DNA from: Lophium mytilinum
Taxonomy: Eukaryota
NCBI GenBank assembly: GCA_010093605.1
Contig: MU004181.1
Span: forward strand, 868,001 to 932,000
Direction of reading: 5' to 3'
DNA length: 64,000 bases
In this document: piece after piece, positions 59,383 to 64,000 of the stretch
Layout: each line of letters starts with the position of its first letter
How positions within the stretch are numbered: the first letter of the stretch is position 1
Made by a program: the position numbers and the translations under genes
Notes under the pieces: generated by a model
Databases searched by the model: none
What the model saw: the letters and a program-made list of their open reading frames with translations, nothing else
Told to the model about the DNA's origin: nothing

Positions 59383-61095
59383 CTAGTACATGGAGCTCTT
59401 GCGCTTCTCGGCGCTCGTCAGAACGAGCATGGGCATCTTGCGACGCTCTTCTGGGACCGGCTTGACGTCCTCAACGCAGATCTCGACCAGTCCTCCGCCA
59501 ATGGATCCCTCGTCGCTGCTGACGCTGTTGGCAGTGTAGCGGCCATCAACGCTTGTCCTGTCGCGGGAACGCTCTTTCAGCTCCTTACGCTCAGATCCGA
59601 TGGCGCCGTTGGCAGCAGCACGGAGGCTTCCAATACTGGGCTTGCCTGAGAGGCTGCCACTTCCGCCGCTGTGCACGCTGTCGGAATCGTTATCGGACAG
59701 CGAGAAGCCCATATCAGATTCGCTGACAGGCGTCATGCTTCCGCCGCTACCGGTGCGCACTCCACGGCGCTCAATGCCAGCACGAACCAGACTGTGAACT
59801 GCACGACGGCGTTGACGGGTCGCAAAGTTCTTGCTGCCCTCATGCTTCGTGGTCGGGCTGGCCTGGAGCTCCTCGAGAGGTGGAGGGCCACGGGGTTGAC
59901 GGACTGGATGTTCGCCAGCGCGAGATTGACCAGGTCCGAAAGTGCCAGTCATCGGCGTATTGGGGAAAGCAGTTCGGGGCGTGAACGCCGACCTTGGTCC
60001 ATCACTTGGGAGGTCGCTGGAGTTCGTGCTGAGCGCGAGAGACGACACCATCTTCTTGTGGCCGCGACGGAACGCGTTGGCTGAAGGCGGAGGCAGGGGC
60101 ACAACATCCTGAGGTGGGCTGGGCGACTTCTTCGGGGGAGAAGAGCTGCGATGATCGAACGGGTTCGAGTTCATCTCGGCGGGCGGAGAAACCTCGGCAC
60201 GGAAGGTTGGCGTGTTGGACTTCGGCGGCGAATTGGTGTAGCTGGGAGTTGGCGGTGGCGGGGAGCTGGCAAGCAGGTTCGCTAGCTGCTGCTGCATGTT
60301 CCCTCCATTTTGCTGGGCTTGCTGGTAAGCAGGGTCGACCACGTAGTTGTACTGGCCAGTCATTGGGTTGATCACAAGATAGACACCCGGCTGCCCCGTT
60401 TCCAGAGGCTGCTGGGTGTTCATGCTCATCTGCTGGCTGTAGAAGTTGTTGCCTGGGGTGTACGGCGTAGCAGGATACTGCTGAGATTGGCGCATTCCAG
60501 CGGAGCCAATGTTCATGCCCTGGAATTGTTGGGCAGTCAGACTCAGAAGCTGCTGCTGAAGCTGCTGCTGGCGTTGCTGGAGATACATCTCCGTAGCCAT
60601 GAGCTGGGCAACAACATCGGGATCCATCTGTTCAGAGTCGAATTGGACGGGGGGAGGAGCCAAAACCTGCTCTGTGGGAGAGAAGATCTGCTGGTTCTGC
60701 CCGTACTGGTTGCGTCCCGCTGACGAGAACGAGGAGCCAACGGCAGTCTGGGGGCCACCTTGGTTGACTCCACCATAAGCCTGTCCAGAATATCTCGACA
60801 AGTCCATTCCTCCAAAGCGCTGCTGGTTGTAAGGAGCAGAAGCTGGAATGCTCGAAGGGGTGCGCGGCTCCTTGCGGAGGTTGGCAAGCAAATGGCCCCT
60901 GCTAGTGCGAGGAGTAGGGTTTTCGACCTGATGCTCGCTGATGGATGAGATGGTGGGCGGGGAGGCGACACTGAGACGCTTGAGCTGGGAGCCCTTGCCG
61001 CGAGAGGCGAAACCGGCACCGGGAAGGCCGAGGCCGCCGTTCGGCTGGAAGTTGTTATATGTCATCTGAGCGAGACCGCCTGCGTCCATGCTCAT
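59383..61095 (-). CDS. Fungal low-complexity Q/S/P-rich protein with RQPRGPP motif
   Basis: 570-aa intronless ORF with a poly-Q tract; GPGQSRAGEHPVRQPRGPPPLEEL..SKNFATRQRRRAV block; function not recognised. Confidence 0.75.
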   Translation of the reverse strand: MSMDAGGLAQMTYNNFQPNGGLGLPGAGFASRGKGSQLKRLSVASPPTISSISEHQVENPTPRTSRGHLLANLRKEPRTPSSIPASAPYNQQRFGGMDLSRYSGQAYGGVNQGGPQTAVGSSFSSAGRNQYGQNQQIFSPTEQVLAPPPVQFDSEQMDPDVVAQLMATEMYLQQRQQQLQQQLLSLTAQQFQGMNIGSAGMRQSQQYPATPYTPGNNFYSQQMSMNTQQPLETGQPGVYLVINPMTGQYNYVVDPAYQQAQQNGGNMQQQLANLLASSPPPPTPSYTNSPPKSNTPTFRAEVSPPAEMNSNPFDHRSSSPPKKSPSPPQDVVPLPPPSANAFRRGHKKMVSSLALSTNSSDLPSDGPRSAFTPRTAFPNTPMTGTFGPGQSRAGEHPVRQPRGPPPLEELQASPTTKHEGSKNFATRQRRRAVHSLVRAGIERRGVRTGSGGSMTPVSESDMGFSLSDNDSDSVHSGGSGSLSGKPSIGSLRAAANGAIGSERKELKERSRDRTSVDGRYTANSVSSDEGSIGGGLVEICVEDVKPVPEERRKMPMLVLTSAEKRKSSMY

Positions 61096-63415
61096 TATGG
61101 TGGTCTGGGAACGTGTAGTGAAGAAGGTAATGCTGGGGACGGGAGGACGAGAGTGTCTCAGGAAAGATACGGATCAAGCGAAACAGCCGGCAGGGACAAG
61201 CACTGAGGGTCGACGAAGCTGAGGGAGTGTTTGACGCGCTGTAGGAGGAGCCTGAGCGCGGGTGAAGTTCTTTGTTGTAGCACGAGGAGGTTTGCCGGCA
61301 AGGCAGCCGTGGAGGCTGTTGATGGAAATTAGATGATTAAGGATCGTAGGATCGATCGAGGTGATATGTAGCAAAAATGGTAAGACCGGCCGAAGTATTC
61401 GCAGGAGTGTTCAGAGTCGCAAGACCAGCAGAGGCGCGGCAGCGACGAGCGCGTCGTTGGGGCGGCGAAGCACGGTGGAGGCGACGGGCAGGCCGGGTAA
61501 GAGGTGGAAGAAGAGAAGTCTGAGGAGCTACGGGTATGGACAAGTGGATACAGAAAGAAGCCGCAAGGACGGGATCTACTCGAGGTGGACTGGACGGGCG
61601 GGCTTGCTTGCTCTGCAAAGCACGGTATTAAGGCTGCAAGCCAGGTGGATTGGTATGTAATAAGATGAAGGGCAAGCGGATGGGCAAGCTGATGAAGTAG
61701 AGAGCGAGGGGGAGGGGAAAAGAGCGGCGGGCGGCCGGGTGCGTGAAGGAGGGGAGGTGGTGGAAGTGGGAGGAGGAGAGTGGACGAGCAGGTGGTGATG
61801 GATGGGAGAAGAGGATGCAAAATGGGAACTGGGCTGGTACTGGGAGCAGGCCGAAGCGGTCAAGACTCGCTGGAACGCGGCTTTGGCGACGGGGCTAGCC
61901 GGGATGCCGGCCAGTAGGCAGCGCCAGAGGCCCCGTTGCCCCCTTATCCAGCACGGCGAGCCAGCGAATTACGGGCCGAGCTGGGACGGCAGCGTGCTAT
62001 TCTTTGTGCGCTGACCGGGGCCTGTCAGGGTCCTGTCACGCATCGAATGGCCCACAGGGAGCCACAAGTGCCAGCGTGCTGTCAGAGTCGCTGGCTCGTC
62101 CAAAGGCATCGCAGCCGTGAAGAGGGCGTCTATTGAGCGTTGCAAATCCAGCGGGGCCACTCTCCGGGCGCCTATGGGGAGCCTCGTTGCCCACTCACAG
62201 CGGCCGGTGTGCGCCCACATGCTGCCCGCCGCGTGCTTGAAATAACCTCGCGCATGGCAGCGTGCCTCGCCAGTGCGGAATGGAGGGCGGATAGCCTCAT
62301 GGCCTCGAACTCGCCAGGCTGCGACGGCCAGCGCGCTTGGTTCAGATTTAGGTGGTGCAAGAAGGGGCTGCAGAACCTGACGCTGTGCGCAAGTGCACAC
62401 ACCAAACCGCCGGCGATGCAGGGCTCGAATCACCTGGCCGTCGCCAAGCCTGCACTCCAACAGCTAGCAGCTGTCTCGAACCCTCCGTCGCCGGCCGAAC
62501 TAGGTGACTAGGTGAACGTCAGGGGCGTGACGCCTCAATAACTCATCCCGCTCCAAGAGCCTCTCCAGAATCCTCACTTCAAACCCGTATTCCTGTAGAC
62601 AAACCACCCCGCGACGCCCAATGGCAGACAACAGACTCCCTGCCACCGTCCAGACACCCTGGATGCTGTGCAACGAGGGCATCAAAGCGCGGCGACGGTC
62701 GCGTTTCATCCAGGCCACCGTCTGCAATCGTCTGGGGGGCGCCTGTTCGGGCATCTTGAAACCTGTCTCGCATACGGCATCAGCCCTAGCAATCTCATCT
62801 CGCACGCACACGCCGATCCACGCCACCCTCTGCACCCGTTCGTGCCGTTGAAACGCCCTGTTGTGTGCCCTCTTCTCACGCGAACCGCGAGCCTGGAGTT
62901 CGCTTGGAAAGAATTCTGCCGTGCTGATGACTCCCAGGCCGCTCCCAGGAATCCCCACAAACCTGCTGCAGATTGCGAATCGCCACAGCGATGGCGCTCT
63001 GTCTTCAAGGTTGCTTGGGTACAGGCACCAGCCTCTCAGCACCAGCCTCAGGGTGGCTATCAGGTCATGTGTCCGTATTTCGAAGAGGGTGAACCATGTC
63101 GCCGACTCATCAGCTTCTACCAAACACGAAACCTCATTTCCAAATGCACTCTGTTCCTGGCTAGGCCCCGTAGAATCAATAGCTTTAGACACCCGACCAA
63201 TAGGTGGTCTGGCAACTTCTAAATTAAGTAAATAGTAGGTCATCTGTCCATACTAGCTCCAGGTGCCACTATTGGTTGTTGGACGTCACCTTCTACGCAG
63301 ACAGCATAACCAGGTGAACGATCTATTCAATGTTTCTAGGTCAACTTCTCAAGCCTTGATGCGACGGAACACCGATCTTGTATCTGTCGATGGAGTAGAC
63401 TTTGACACATCCACC

Positions 63416-64000
63416 TCACAAGATCGTGCACATCTCCCAACACTTCCTCTTCTTGGTTCCCTCTCGTCCTTCTCGGCCCCCGTCTTCCACATCCGGATTC
63501 ACCGTCGCCCCAGCTTCCTCGTCACCTCTCCTTGCCGACGCCTCCATCTGCCTCCTGATCTCATTATCATCCCCCATCAGAACCCGCTTCGTCTTCAACG
63601 GCTTATCTAACCCCTCCCCACCCCTTGCTGCTCCAATCGCGTTTGACGGAGGTATCGATATCGAATTAATCTCTCCTTCCAGCTCATTTTCGTTCCGCTC
63701 TTCCCCCTCCTCTCCTTCTCCTGCCGAGTGTCTGAATGATGGCCGCCGAGCAGCCGGATCCCTCTCCTCATCATCCCCACTTTCATCCCCATCCCCATCC
63801 TCAGCAACCTCCACACTCCTCTCCGTTTCGTTCGGCACGCGTTGAATAGTCGACGACCGCTCAATCGGGTGCGTCTCCACACCTATGCGCTCAACCTCAT
63901 TTATCGGCGGTTCCGAGACCCACGTTCCGTGGGGTAGGCCTGGGTTTTCGCTCTCGTTTTCGTTTTCTTTGCGCGTGCTGCTTTCGCCGGCGGTGAAGGA
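63416..64000 (-). CDS. 3' end of a protein with polybasic tract and CAAX box (5' partial)
   Basis: The frame is open from the window edge; acidic disordered region ending TKKRKCWEMCTIL*. Confidence 0.6.
   Translation of the reverse strand, partial: SFTAGESSTRKENENESENPGLPHGTWVSEPPINEVERIGVETHPIERSSTIQRVPNETERSVEVAEDGDGDESGDDEERDPAARRPSFRHSAGEGEEGEERNENELEGEINSISIPPSNAIGAARGGEGLDKPLKTKRVLMGDDNEIRRQMEASARRGDEEAGATVNPDVEDGGREGREGTKKRKCWEMCTIL

Noticed and set aside
62500..63243. 247-aa minus-strand ORF and overlapping plus-strand ORFs
   Set aside because: No recognisable domain or codon bias; several mutually overlapping ORFs of random composition in GC-rich intergenic DNA.
1..64000. tRNA, rRNA, TPP riboswitch, CRISPR arrays
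   Set aside because: GTTCGA-like hits (for example 38284, 19461, 62476) lack cloverleaf stems, and no riboswitch core or repeat-spacer array was seen by eye. An Infernal/tRNAscan run would be needed to exclude them formally.

Overview
Eukaryotic, intron-containing genomic DNA from a filamentous ascomycete (Pezizomycotina; GT..AG introns of mostly 50-250 nt with CTAAC/CTGAC branch points, and a RIP-type AT-rich relic). About 26 protein-coding loci. Housekeeping genes: swi6/cdc10-type MBF subunit (partial), dihydroxyacetone kinase, SmD2, Ams2 GATA factor, CSC1/OSCA channel, NAD kinase, fRMsr, dienelactone hydrolase, Fta4 and Bud32. Accessory genes are interspersed: a tandem F-box-like protein, an intronless gene resembling actinobacterial proteins, a GMC oxidoreductase, two PTH11-like membrane proteins, a HET-domain gene, a CFEM-like membrane protein and a small Cys-rich secreted protein. 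Most notable observations: (i) recurrent, strand-symmetric C/A-rich to G/T-rich skew switches every ~3-11 kb, independent of gene orientation and visibly altering protein composition (replication-origin-like mutational footprint); (ii) a divergent O-methyltransferase / Zn2Cys6 regulator pair, both broken only by in-frame stop codons and no frameshifts (RIP-like, or editing-rescued); (iii) a probable bacterial horizontal acquisition; (iv) a 708-bp TA-flanked TIR transposon relic with a RIP-eroded core. No rRNA, tRNA or CRISPR was seen. All family assignments are from motif recognition, not database searches.
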